Assembly: GCF_009834535.1 (NCBI RefSeq)
Contig: NC_045698.1
Coordinates: forward strand, 6,078,001 to 6,142,000
From: Camelus ferus
Taxonomy: Eukaryota
Direction: 5' to 3'
Length of the DNA stretch: 64,000 bases
The notes beneath the pieces were generated by a model. That model was not told where the DNA came from and ran no database searches. It saw only the letters and a program-made list of their open reading frames with translations. Below are positions 1 to 13,296 of this stretch, piece after piece; the first letter of the stretch is position 1, and every line of letters begins with the position of its first letter. Made by a program: the position numbers and the translations under genes.

Positions 1-714
1 TCTTGATGGTTATTCCTGAAAGGGTCTTGCAATCATGATAAGAACCACAAGGGCCTGTCCAGCCACAACTCTGATTATTAATAATTTGAGACTGTCACAG
101 AACACAGGTGTGAGGTGTTACCTCATTGTGGCTTTGAATTGCATTTCCCTGATAATTCGTGGTGCCTACATGTTCCCTAATAAAGCTGCTAAAATAAAAA
201 TAAATACAAATTATAAGCTGTATAAACACATTTTCAAAGGTATAAGACTTGGCTGGCAGGATTAAACTGGTGGACAGAACAAGGTATTAAATGGAGAACC
301 TCTTGATTTTTTGCCATAGAAATTTCTAGCTGAGGGTTGGGCAGAGCATTCACCAGGCAAGGGGATTTTAGCAAGGGGCTTTAGAGTCTAATGTGTGTAA
401 CCGTAAAGGCTCAGTTCCCATTTTTATTCTTAAGTAAAGAGCGTGGTATTTTCCTTCCTAATTTGTCAATGAAATTTCAGCACCTGTGGCTTCCCATGGA
501 AACCCCTTATGGATTTTTTTCTGTTTCTGAACTTGTTTAGAAGCCACGGGTATATCTGCAGAGACTCAGAGCTGGAAGGGAAGTTATTAGTCAGTAAGTC
601 AAGAAGTATGACCAGTCTCTTCAAAGGAGAAAGTAGCAGTCTAGATGTTTTTGCAGTTTGCCGAGTTACAGGCTATGGATTTATGGAATAGAAATACGTC
701 ACTGGAGTTCAAAA

Positions 715-918
715 CAGTCGTCCCTCGGTATGCGGGGCCCGGAGAGGGGCAGTCCCAGGAGCCACCCCACCCCACCCCTGCACTCCCAGCCCTCGGTCCT
801 ACATATCCGTGGGTTTCTATCCGAGGTTTCCACCAACCACAGGTCAAAATTTCTAAATTTACACCCCCAGTTGTTAAAATCCACAGATCTGAAATCCTTG
901 GATGCAGAGGGCTGATTG
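715..918 (+). mobile_element. MER2/Tigger3-family non-autonomous TcMar-Tigger element (short derivative)
   Basis: Starts cagtcgtccctcggtat and ends gatgcagagggctgattg followed by TA, matching recalled MER2-type terminal inverted repeats. Confidence 0.7.
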
Positions 919-1392
919 TATTTAAACAAAACACAGGGAGAGATGGTTTCATGAGCCAGCATTTAAGAGATAATAAGAGCCTAACAGCAACAACAAAATA
1001 CACCAGCTAAGGAGGACTCGGTGCTACATGTTGGTGATTGCCTGGTGGATCCAGTCAGTGGTTTTCCCTACCACTTGGAAAATAATCTTACTAAATCTGG
1101 TTAGGGGATAATATGAGCATCTCATTTGTCTCAGAGAAATTTTTCAAGAAATAAACCAACATGCTTTAACATTATTGCAATAAGTGAAGTAAATCAGACA
1201 GCTTTGACCATGAGTGTTTCCCATGATTTTTTTTTAACGTTTATTTACTTTTTAATCATTAAATACTTTGCCCTGGAAATAAATGTGTGTGTGTCTATGT
1301 CTGTACAATTTACTATATATGCTATTATTTATAGTTTTTATTCTCATTTGTGCATAAAGAGTTAAACCTTGTATTCAATACAATCATGATTT

Positions 1393-2317
1393 CACCGATT
1401 TACATTCCCACTAAACCTTTATGTTTTTTCCCTTTTCTCCACATCCTCGCCAGCATTTGTTATTTGTGGTCTTATTGATGATGGTCATTCTGACATGTGT
1501 GAGGTGATATCTCACTTTGGTTTTGATTTGCATTTCCCTGATGATTAGCGGTGCTTAGCATCTTTTCATGTGCCCATTGGCCATCTGCATTTCCTCTTTG
1601 GAAAAATGTCTACTCAGTTCTTCTACTTATTTTGTAATTGGATTGTTTGCTTTTTTGATGTTAAGTTGTATGAGCTGTTCATATATGCTGGGTATTACTC
1701 CCTTATCCCAATGTAAATTGGTGTAGCCACTGTGGAGAACAGTATGGAGGTTTCTCAAAAAACTAAAAGTAGAACTACCATATGACCCAGTAATTCCACT
1801 CCTGGGCATATATCCCTAAAAAAACCTAGAAACACTAATTCAAAAGATATGTACACTCTAATGTTTATAGAAGCATTATTTATGATATGGAGCAACCTAA
1901 GGGTCCATCAACAGATGAATAGATAACAATGATGTCACATATATATATATATGTATAATAGAATACTACTCAGCCATAAAAAGGACGAAATTTTGCCATT
2001 TGCAGCAACATGGATGGACTTGGAGGGCATTATGCTAAGTGAAATAAATCAGACAGAGAAAGACAAATACTGTATGATATCAATTGTATGTGGAATCTAA
2101 AAAATATAACAAACTAGTGAATACAACAAAAAAGGAAGCAGATTCACAAATATAGAGAACAAACTAGTGGTTCTGGGGTGGGGGCAATACAGAGATGGGT
2201 ACTGGGTGTGAGGTAGGCTACAAGGATGTGCTGTACGACACGGAGAATGGAGCCAATGTTTTGTAATAACTGAATGACTGTAACCTTTAAAAGTTTATAA
2301 AAATTAGAAAAATTAAA
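1393..2317 (+). mobile_element. 5'-truncated L1 with 5' inversion: antisense ORF2 C-terminal segment ~1393-1709, sense ORF2 end + 3'UTR + A-rich tail 1710-2317
   Basis: Antisense L1 text (ttttgatttgcatttccctgatgattag) switches to sense L1 (aatgtaaattggtgtagccactgtggagaacagtatggagg...gcagcaacatggatggacttggagggcattatgctaagtgaaata). Diverged 18-bp TSD candidate at 1377-1394 and 2318-2335. Confidence 0.9.
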
Positions 2318-2398
2318 AATATCATTGTGGTTTCAATTAAAATCATAAATGCCACTTTTCACTTCACTGTTTGTTTAGATATCGATGACAAATTGAAG

Positions 2399-2865
2399 TG
2401 ATAATAGAGTAATTAAAGTTCAGGCGTACAAACCTGGTAAGGGGCAGCCACTGAGGAACTGGTCTCAGACACGTCCCTGCACCGAGAACTTGAAATTTCT
2501 GTGAACTCAACCTAACTCAAGGACACCAGTGTTTTTAAAACAACACCTGCCATCTGCAACCTTGTGTCTCAAGGCTGTTTCCCCTTGTAACTATGCAACC
2601 ATTTCAGGCCCCAACTAATCCTTACTTAACAAGCGCCCTTGACCCCTTACCAGCTTCTATTATAATTCTTGATAAACAACTCACGTAACTAACTGTATGT
2701 GGTTTTTGCCTTTATAAGACTCTGCTCTTTTGTCATTTGGTGGAACACAATTCAAGTGCTTCCTGAATCTGTGTATCAAGCATGGGCTGTAGTCCTAACT
2801 AATCCCAAATAAATGCCTCTTTATTTCAATCAGGTCTCCATTTCTTTGGTGAATTTTGGTTAACA
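2399..2865 (+). mobile_element. ERV1-class solo LTR (subfamily not assigned)
   Basis: TG...CA-type ends (ends ggttaaca), TATA-like ctttataag near 2710, AATAAA near 2808 and a typical U5 pattern. Left boundary uncertain. Confidence 0.65.
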
Positions 2866-3959
2866 AAACAGAAAGACTTTATTTTCCAAAACTGGTTTTA
2901 TTCTGGCCACCTATATTTAATGGACTTAAAACATATATAAGAAGACCCAAGCCAGATGGAATTAATTTCAATATTTAACAATTTATTGTATCTATTTTTC
3001 TCACTTTTTCACTGACAATATTTGAAATAGCATGATTTTATGTATTACTTGAACTTTGGATTCTGTCCTACAGTAGGTGCGCAAAGTCAATATTGACAAT
3101 ATTAGCAGCTACTAATTGGCTGGCTTTACATCTATATTGGTTCTGTCTGGAGAGTGTTTATATTTAAATCATGGGCAAGAAAACTTACAGATGTTTCTAA
3201 TACATTAGCTTCTTTGTGATGGTAGCATTCTCCATTGTCACTGGTGTTGTTCCGTGATTGTGGTTATGGTTTCCACCACAACTTTTACAGGTTGTTGTGC
3301 CACTGTGATTTATGGACAATCACTGGCTAAACCATGAAAATTCCATTTTTCATTACATGAGATGTTAATTTTAACTTTAATTTTACTTTCATTGCAATTT
3401 GGGTGTTTTTGTTATTATTGTTAGCAAGAATGACCTTTCCATTATAACAACTCAAAGGCAAGCATAATAAAATCATAGCTATAGCTAAGTTCCTTTAATT
3501 AATTAGGACTTTAGTCTTTATCCATGCTCATAAGTAAATGTATTTTTCTGACATTTAACAAAGTGTAGGAGAAAACTTCCTGCTTTCTGTTAGATTTAAA
3601 TACTTCAGTACATAACATTATGTTCAGTGACTATTCAGAAAATAATTTGGAATATTTTTTATGGCAGCTATTAATTGCATCTGAGAAAATTCTCTCCTGA
3701 ATTGATGTATTGGTGCTCAAAAATAGATAAGACATGGAGATGCTATGCCATTGCCCCACTAATGTTATCATTGCCATTATGGGATTCCTATTAGAACATC
3801 CTTTTGTATCCAAACTGATTTTCTGAGAAATACTGGTTTAAATACATAACATTTGATGCTTTCTTGTTGGACATCTTGCTCATTGTTTTTCTTCCCAGGA
3901 AGGCTGCTGGCTTGGAATTTCCGTGGCTTTTCTGTGTGACAGTCTTAGACTTCCCTGTA

Positions 3960-4465
3960 AAGTCTTCAAGGCTCCTTGCACAAATGGCAGGGTGTAAATT
4001 TCTCTCCCCTTGAATGTGAACATTTGAAATGGAAAAAAAGGGAGTAAAATTAAAATTTTATTACTTCTGAGACAACGTTAGAAAAAGTGATACTATTTTT
4101 GCCTGGCACTCTCTTCAGATATGTGCCTTAGAAACCGTCAGCCAACTTGTAAGAAATCTGCCTGCTACTGTAGAGCCACCATGCTGGAGAGGAGTCACGG
4201 AGACGTCGTGAAGAGGACACACAGAAAGAGAAATGCCCCAGGCTTATAAGTGTGCAGATGTTTGAGTCTGACATGTGTGGGAAAACCTTCAGATCATTCC
4301 TGTCCCCAGGTTTAAAGCTGTCCTACTCACTGCAAATTCAGAAGAAATGAGCCTGTCCCTTTCTGCCCTGTCCAAATTCCTGATCTGTAGAATCTGTAAA
4401 CTTAAAAAATGGCAGCTATGTGCCAGTGAGTGTTCATTTGTTTTGCAGTTAGAGTAACTGAAACC
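3960..4465 (+). mobile_element. MaLR LTR (MLT1F/G/H-like)
   Basis: Motifs gccaccatgctggagagg, ccctgtccaaattcctgatctgtagaatc and 3' end ttttgcagttagagtaactgaaac resemble recalled MLT1 consensus. Confidence 0.7.
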
Positions 4466-4729
4466 TCTCTAAAATATATTCTTAAAAAACCTGATGAATC
4501 CATTTATATCACAGGTTCCTTCAGCTGCTCTTTCTCTGTCCCATATCTTAATTTAAATCAATTTGCTCATCAGTAACAGAGTATAAAGCACATACCTGAA
4601 CAATAAAATAACTAAATTCTGTTTTAGAAGCGTAATCTTTCCTATACTTGGAACGTGTTTAATTCTCATAAAATATAACTTTTATTTACATTTTTAAAAA
4701 TATTATGTCTTTCTTTTACAGAAAGTAAT

Positions 4730-5200
4730 TATTTGTGTTGGGAGAAAGCTCAGAAGTATTTTCTAGGAGACACATTTTATAAGCAAATCACTGAGACTCC
4801 TTCTCTCTAAGTTTATCATTCATTATCCGGATGGGTGAAATTGTTGAGCAATGAGTATCCAGTGCTGGTGAACATTTACAAAGATGGGGAATGAGAGAGA
4901 GCAAAGGCTAATGAAGGATATTTCAGTGGAATTGCATGAGAACCAGTAGTTTGAAGGACTGATGAGACAGGGAAGATAAAGATAGTGAGCAGAGCTAATT
5001 CAAGATTTTAGCTGTGAAGCTGAGAAGAGGTATAAAGCCACAATTTCTAGCAAACATGGAACCGAAGGAAGGTGTTGATTTTACTTTCTGCTCTTTTTAA
5101 GATGACAAATACTTGAGCATGTTTAAATTCTTTATTGAGGGATTCAATGGAGAGAAAGATTGTCAAGACAGGTTTGCGTAAAGACAGAAAAGAGATCAAA
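4730..5200 (-). mobile_element. Degraded L2 fragment
   Basis: Purine-rich text (ttcaagattttagctgtgaag, gacaaatacttgagcatgtttaaat) typical of antisense L2. Confidence 0.5.
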
Positions 5201-5863
5201 GTCCCTAACCTACTGAGCTCACAGGAAAGAATTTCTTTAGAGATGAATAAAGGGTATCCCCGTATTTAAGATAAAAATAAAATAAAACAGTATTAATTGT
5301 GAAATAGAATATTAAACTTAATTTGCCAAAAATAGGAATCCTAAAGCCTTGACAGGATGAAAAGACAGAGAATAATCTAGAAAAAGATTTCTGCATTTAG
5401 GGACTTGCACTAGGATACTAAGGAGTGTGAGTTCTAGTGAAAGAAAGGATAGGGAAATGCTCCCATTTCTAGCTCTTCTGAAAGAAGACAAAAGAATTAC
5501 GAATATTTGAGGATGACATCCTCTCCAGTTAACCCGAGGCTTCTGCCAGAGATGTCCGTCAGATGGCCTGCTTCCTTTTCTCCTCCTGAAAGAAGCAAAA
5601 AAGGATATCTTCATATTTTTTTGGGAATGAAAACCCTCAATTTTAGGAATATAGTACATTACTATCTTGATAATGCTTAGTATTTCTTTAACATGATGTC
5701 AATGAACAAACCTTCTAAACATGATGACATTTGCCAATACCTTTTAGTTAAGATATATATAAAGAAGCTACACTAAGTTTCACACTTTAGGTCGTCCACT
5801 TTACAGTAGCAAAAATGTATATTCTGTGTATGTATCCATGAATCTATGAACAAAGATAATATG

Positions 5864-5895
<32 letters not shown>
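5864..5895. repeat. (TA)n(CA)n microsatellite
   Basis: Seen directly. Confidence 0.95.
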
Positions 5896-7124
5896 ACATT
5901 TTCACTTACATTCAGTTGTTTCGACAAGTAAAGTTATGGGTTAGTTTAAAATTTCAAAAAAGAAGTTTGTGGTTAGTGAAGAAGTGCTATCACACAGTGA
6001 CCTTTTGGGGCCATTTCTATTGCACGTAGGTGTTTAGGTAGTATATTTCCCAAACAGACTAGTTCTACCTCAAAAATGTTATGGAATAAATGAGATTCAG
6101 AAACATCTTACTGTCTTTGCTATTTGTAAAGTTATTGTGTTGGTTGGTTAAAACCTCCAGCCCTAACATTAAAAAAAAAAAAAAAAAGCATGAAAAAACA
6201 TTTATGTGACTCTAATTTGGAAATATCCTTGAATTTCATCAACTTGCATTGTGCTGTGGAAGTAACCCCCAGCTCCACTAAATATTATTTAGACATTAGT
6301 GTTTAAAAAACTTTTTTTTATCTAGGAAGTCCTTCATTATTTTTTAAGCATAAATCAAATAACTCCAGTATTTTTTCTTTTGGACTTTATTATTATTACA
6401 TTTTATTTCTTAATATCATTCTGAGTTTTTGAATTCCTACTAAAATTCCTAACTATAGGCAATTTGTGGAAGTACAACTATAGTTACTAGTATTTATCTG
6501 TCCATACCCCACCCCAACAACACACAATACACAAGGAATAAAACAAAGACGAGATGTAGAAAGCTGTCAAGGAAGGAGCTCAAGTTGAAAGGACAAGGCT
6601 GAAAGGGCCAGAAGTTGAGCAGTTCCTGGACACATGTGGTCTAGTAAAGGCAGGATAGAAAACTATGGGAACAAGACTAATGGCTGTTATTTGAGAGCTG
6701 AGGACTAGTATCTCACTTCTGAGTGCAAAAGGTAGCCAATCAGTCTAAGGGGACAAGATAGAAAGGGTTCACCTGCCATTAGGGATTGATATTTTTGGAA
6801 AAGCTGTAGGCTTTTCAACTAATTGATTGTTGCAATCAGCAAATCACTCAACCCTTTGAGGTTCACTTTTTCATCTGTAGAATGCATGGGATTGGTGAAA
6901 CATTTTAGGGGTTCCTAGCAAGTATAAAATGCCAAGGCAAGAGTACAGAATAGAGAAGGGCAAACAGCAGGCTTAGAAACAAATTCTGCTCTGCCTGCTT
7001 CTTCCTCAATATCATTTGCATGTGGTATTCTTTATATATTTTGTAAAATATATAAATAATAAAAATACAGAAATACACAAAAATAACTTCACAAATACAC
7101 TTATATATGTATAAATATTTGACT

Positions 7125-8620
7125 TACAGAAATTTTGTTTGGAATATTTGCCTCTATGTTCATTGGTTAATAGTCTTCATGTAATTTCTTTTTTGGTTTT
7201 GGTATCAGTATATTAGGCTCCATATAATGAGTTGAGAAGTATTCCCTCCTTTTCAATTTTCTGGAACAGTTCGTACAGATTTGGTTTTATTTCTTCATTC
7301 GGTGTTTCTCAGAATTCTCATTGAGGCCATCTGGATCTGCTGTTTACTTCATGGGAAAGATTTTAACTATAAATTCAATTCTTTTGATAGAGTTCTACTC
7401 AATTTTTTTATTCTTGAATAGGTTTGGTCATTTATTTATTTTATGTAATTGTTCAATTTTATCTAAGTTATCAAATTTGTTGTCACAAAATTAATCATAA
7501 TATTTCCTTATTATTCTTTCAATATTTAAAACCTTTGCAGTGATGTCCTCTCCTTATTGAATGTTTTGATAATTTTTATCTTCTCTTTTTTCCCTACTCT
7601 GTCTGGCTAGAAGTTTGTCAATTTTATTGATCTTCTTAAAGGACCAGATTTTTATTTTGTTGAAAACTCATTTTGTTTTGCTATTATCTATTTCATTATT
7701 TGCTCTTTTTAGCTTTATTATGTTTTCTGCTTACTTGCGTTTGATTTGATATTATTTTTCTAGTTTCTTAAAGTAAAATCTGAGTTCGTAGATTTTATAC
7801 CCTTTTTAATAAAGTTTATTACTATAAAATTCCCTATATATACTGCTTTAGCTATATCTCACAAGTTCTGTATGTTGTATTTTAATTTTCTTTCACACAC
7901 AAAATCAGTGATTTTCCTTCTGATTCCTTTTTGCCTGATGTATTATTCAAAAGCATATTGTTTAGTTTCAAAATGTTTGGGGATACTTCTCAGATATCTT
8001 TCTGTTAGTATTTTACAACTTAATTTCATTTGGGTCATAAAACATATTTTGAATCATTGAAATTCTTAGAAATTTACTGATGCTTGGTAATATGGTTCAC
8101 AATAGGATCCACAAAGTTTGCCTTCTGTGTCTAAAGATTCTCCATCTGCTGATTCAACCAACTTCAGATTGAAAATATTCAGAAAAAATATCCTAGAAAT
8201 TTCAAAAATCAAAACTTGAATTTGCCACATGCTGGCAACAATTTACACAGCATTTATATTGTATTTACAACTATTTACATCACATACATATTGTATTAGG
8301 TGTAATACACAATCTAGACATGATTTAAAGCATATAGGAGCATGTGCATAGGCTATATGCAAACATTCCAGCATTTTACATAAGGGACTTGAGCACCCAT
8401 GGGTACCAAGGGATGGCTGTGTTGGAAAATGTTCTGTGTTCACTAAGACTGTGTGTTCTGATGTTGTGTGGAGTGTTCTAGAAATGTCAATCGGATCAAG
8501 TTTGTTTCACTTTAAGTCTTCTCTGTACTTGCTGATTTTCTGTCTATCTGTTCTATCAAGTACTGGGGACTGGGCCGCCAAGTCTCCAACCATAACTGTG
8601 GATTTGTCTCTGTCTCTGTA
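7125..8620 (-). mobile_element. Old L1 (L1M) ORF2 fragment, interrupted by a MER2-like insertion
   Basis: Antisense ORF2 text: gagttgagaagtattccctccttttcaattttctgg, ctggctagaagtttgtcaattttattgatcttc, actgctttagctatatctcacaagttctg. Confidence 0.85.
8114..8419 (-). mobile_element. MER2/MER2B-like Tigger3-family element nested in L1
   Basis: aaaacttgaatttgcc...gcatttatattgtatt...aatctagacatgatttaaagcatataggagcatgtgcataggctatatgcaaa...taagggacttgagcac...taccaagggatggctg matches recalled MER2 reverse complement. Confidence 0.85.
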
Positions 8621-11600
8621 ACTGGGGGCATGGCATAAATTACTGTGTCATCTTGTTGATTAGACATCTGAGGGTAATCAGAGAAAGTAAACAAAAATCT
8701 GTTATCTCAATTGCCCTTGAATGAAGTTAAGCATATTTAAAAGGAAATTGTTTTTTTCTGTTTAAGACACTGTTGAGTTTATGCAGGCAAATTAGTGATT
8801 TAAAGTATAAAAGATGGAGCAGCAATTTAAGTTCTTGGGGGGAAGCCCAGAGGTCAGACGGACGAGTCAGCACACTGGGCAGGGCTTTGCTGAGAGAAGG
8901 GACAGAGAGGTTGGCTACCCAGTGGCAGGGTGACCAAAATGGCACCTTGCAGAGTTGAATGTCTAAGATGGGACTGGTACTTTCTGTGGCATATCTGGCA
9001 TAAATCCTTCCTATAAATGACCCACAAAAGCTTCATTAAAGTCTGCTGTTATACAGTGCTCTCTGTTGAAACAGCATCTTTTTGCTCAATTCAGAACAGT
9101 TTTGAGTTTCAAGACTGAGTCACCATAATGTGAGGCCCAACGACCGACAAAATGCAAGAACACTGGGCCAGTGTGGCCATCAAAATGGGGGTGCCTGAGA
9201 GTCTGAGAGAATTTAGAATGCTTTATTTAGACTCTTTCAAAACATGGAATTTAGAGCTGAAGGTATTCACACATATCCTAGCTGGAAGAAAAAATTGTAG
9301 CAAAATAAAGAATTTTAAATCATTAAATATACTAGATTTACCCTTTTCAGAAGTGAGTACAAGGGAAATAAGTCCTAAATTTAAAAATCAAAAAAATGTA
9401 CTGCCTCTTATACTCACTATAGGAAATCCCAATGTTGAGGCATATCATTGCAACTTTGGATAACCTGCCATTCGTCTATGGTTAGACGTTTTCTGGTTAT
9501 AGTTTTGAGAACCACAATATGTAGGCTTACACATTTGTTGACATCAGAGGCTCTACACATATGTTTATAATGAGTCATATAATCATCTGAAGGAGATTTA
9601 CATTAGCTGAAGAACCCTTAGAGTCTTTATTTACATGGTTTGAGTTTTGTTTACAGTTTTCCATATGCCCAGACTTCAACAATCTGTCACACAGATTAGA
9701 AAAAAATCACTTGCAATCACCCAAATTTGCTTCAGCATAAAGAACATATATCTAGAAATGTTTGAAGATAATTAAAATGAAAACCAGCAATTTAGAGCAC
9801 ACTGAGTATGAATTAAAGTATGCTATCTGCTTTAATTGTGTTTTTTTTTTTTTTTTTTTGAGGAACAGATGGGCACTTTTCTAAAAAAGTCAATAGTATT
9901 TACTGATCTACAGGGTTTTTGAGTCATTCAGTCCAACATGTAAAGGTAGTGGTAGAGAAAAATGGGAGTGAGTGTGTTGTCAGCAGTGAAATGCTCCCCT
10001 CCCAAGATGGAATATCCTCAGAATAAATGTTGAAAAGTAAGTAATAGCTTCTAAAAAGTTAATTTAAAGAAACCTTGAAAAGCTCAAAAATTCAAAAGCC
10101 ATGCTTCATTCAACCTGTGGAATTGGGTCTAGGTCTGCACAATAAAAATTTACTTTATTTGAAATGTACAAAGAAGTTTAAATCCTGTATTATACAGGGT
10201 TCCTAGGCTTTGCCTTCCTTTCTTCCACACTTGCCTGTGTTGCTGATACTCTTGTTGATTGAGATGACTCAGCAAAAGAGAGGTGCCTTTTTGCTAACCA
10301 GCACTCCATCACTCTATCCCAGAGATGCAGGGACAAAAATCTTGGGCTTGCCAATAACCAGTTAGCAATTGTAGCTTTTATTCAAGAGTCTCAGACAACA
10401 GACACATGGAGCCAGATGGATTCGGCTAGAAGGTGGACAATTTAAGGATTACAGAGCTTCCAACTTGAAGTGACAAGATAAGTGCCATATGCAGAGGTAG
10501 GGTTTACTTGGTTCATTCATTCTTCCCCATTAAACTCCAGCACAGACCTAAGACACATGTTACAAGCCACTTGCTTCAATTTTTTTTTTTTTTAGTAGAA
10601 TAGAATATTCTATCATCTCAAGATCTTGGAATAAAAACCACTGTTGCCCTTGTGTATTAATAACACTCTCAAGATTTTGTCAAATTACTTTGACAGTGTT
10701 TAAGAAATATATCAAAATAAGCTTGAATTCATCTTAACAGTGCAAAATTAAACCCAAAAGACAGTATGTGAGTAGACATCTGTCTACAGAAGCAATTTGA
10801 AGAGATTGAATTTATATATATAAATATATAGCAATACATGAATATATAATTTATTTGGGCTCTCATATATTAATCTTGTTTCCACGGGAGAACTAAGACA
10901 AAGTTCACATAAGACCTTTCACAACTGGCACATCTATCTTCAAACTTGAATGTCTTTCTTGTACTTTCTCATGTGTGCTTTCTAGTATACATATAATAAA
11001 TTACTTTTCCCAAAGTGTTTCAGTCATAGGTATGTAATTAGAGTGGAACAAATTGCAGTGGTCATTTAGTAAAATGATGAATTGATCAGAACCAAAAAGA
11101 GGCAGAAAACTTAACATTAAGACTATGATGAATGGGTGAATGATGGTAAGACTAGTCTGTGAGATGTAACTCGAGAAGAACTCTCCTTCCATACTCAAAG
11201 CAATAAACTTTTCATGGTGGAACTGGAGATACACCTAAGAGGAAGGGAGATAATTTGTGATTTTCAATATAGAATGCCAAGTACTTCAATTTATGGCAAA
11301 ATCACTTTCCTCCCCCAAAAAGAGCACTTTTATTCTCTCAAAAAAAAGCAAATTCCAAAAATTTTGAAAATCTTACCCTTTATCTTATTTTTTTTCAGGA
11401 AATTACTTTTTGTCTCTACAGCAAAGTGACATTCCTCAGATTCTTATTTCACTTCTCTATTATCTTTAAAGTTTTAAAATTGATTAAATTCTTCCCCACC
11501 TAACACACAACTTTGTTGATCCTATACCATTAAATCACTTTTAGTTTTATCCAGTGGAAACCATATTATTTTAAAAAATAAACTTATACTACAAATTTCA

Positions 11601-12171
11601 AATGTATTGTGACTTAAAAAATCTAGGATAGTGAGGATGACTGCAAAAGGGCAAAGTATTATTTTAAAAGTAATCATTAATTAAAATCTCAAATTACGTT
11701 TCTGATATTGACTCATAGACTGTTGTTAAATACATTGGAAAAATCTAGAAAAAATGTTCTAGATGTTCTAGAAAAAAATCTAAGCAAAAATTAAGGGCCC
11801 CTGAAAATAGTTTAGCCTAAAAATATCAAAGGCCCTAAAATATTGACATATTCTGCTTTTTTTTTTTTTGTATTTTTACCTTCACTCACTCTCTCTTACT
11901 AACACTAGTTACATCAGTTCACCACTGATTCATCAAAGTTCATGAAGCCAGTACCCCCATAGCTAATTTCTACGACCTAGTGATCAACTTAGCCTATAAG
12001 GATGCATGTGTTAATAACTCAGAAACATTTATTGACTTTCCAATATGTGCAAATTATTAAGAAAGATACAAGGAAGAATAAGAACCCTTCCTTGCCCTCA
12101 TGTAATTTGAAATGGTGGTGGTGGTGGTAGTAATGGATAGCAATGTTATATGTAATTCAATTTTAGTCTAA

Positions 12172-12350
12172 AGGATGGCTTGGCAAACTTTTTCTGAAAA
12201 GGGCTAGATAGTATCTATTTCAACTGTGAGTCACATCCAGCATCCATTGCAACTACTCCACTCTGTCACAGTAGCGTGAAAGCAGTTACAGACAATGTAT
12301 AAATCAAGCGGCATGGCTAGATTCAGCCCTTGGAACGTAGTTTGCCTTGT
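12172..12350 (+). mobile_element. MER58-like hAT-Charlie element
   Basis: ggcaaactttttctgaaaagggctagatagta...gcaactactccactctgtcacagtagcgtgaaagcagttacagacaatg...cgtagtttgcc with inverted ggcaaact/agtttgcc ends. Confidence 0.85.
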
Positions 12351-13296
12351 GTCTAACACCAATAGTACCTTCTTCTGGAACTAAGATAAGACTCAAGATG
12401 ATTCAATCAATCTTTTACTTATACCTACTTTAAACTATAAAACTACAGGTAAAATTATCTGTAGAAGTGACAGATTACTAAAGTTTAATATTTGAAAATA
12501 AATCCTAACTTAATATATTTTTTATTCATTATTGATTAAAATTGCTACAAATAAACCCATGTAAATGCAGTGAATGTGAGCTCAATGTCTGTGATTGAAT
12601 AAAAGTCAAAATTAATCAGCTTTAAAAAAATAGAAATATAGACCCAATTTCACTCTAATTTCTTTCCTTTTGCTGTTTTTTCCTGTGTTTAATACATCAA
12701 GAAAAGAAAATTATTTTCACATTTAGATTATTCACATACTTAATTACATCTAAATATAGATAACTTTCACATAATCCTCTAGAGATATTAAAAATGTCAC
12801 AGTACACCACCATTTCTCATAGTTTACCCTATTAGAGATATAACAAATATTTAAAAAGCAATTCAATAAAAGTAATTTTAGACTTTTTAATGATGGCTGA
12901 CAAGTGGGATACTGGCTGATGACTTGCGGCCAGGTGACAACAAGCCAGGTTCATTACAGGCTTGCTCATGGATACACAGCCTTTCTGGAGTCATATTCTA
13001 ACTTTAAACATTCCTTGTTAGGTAGTCTTCTACAACACATTACAAGCAACTCTGAAAGGTAAGAAATGTATGAACATCATACACGAGTTAAAAGGGGGTC
13101 AAGACAGCGATATAAAGTTCTGATAAGGTATCAGCATTTCAATTTCACTACTTTTCTATGAAAAAGAGTTAACAGTTCATTTAAACTCTATTATCAAACA
13201 AAGTTTCCAGAATGTAGAGTTTCAGTTTTGTTCTGGATAATCTTTAGGAACTTTAGTTGCCATTTTACCATTTTATTTGCCCTTCAAATCTCGTAA

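Noticed and set aside
641..1010. Four overlapping 85-121 aa ORFs
   Set aside because: They span a GC-rich MER2-like repeat that is poor in stop codons; no recognisable protein or splice context.
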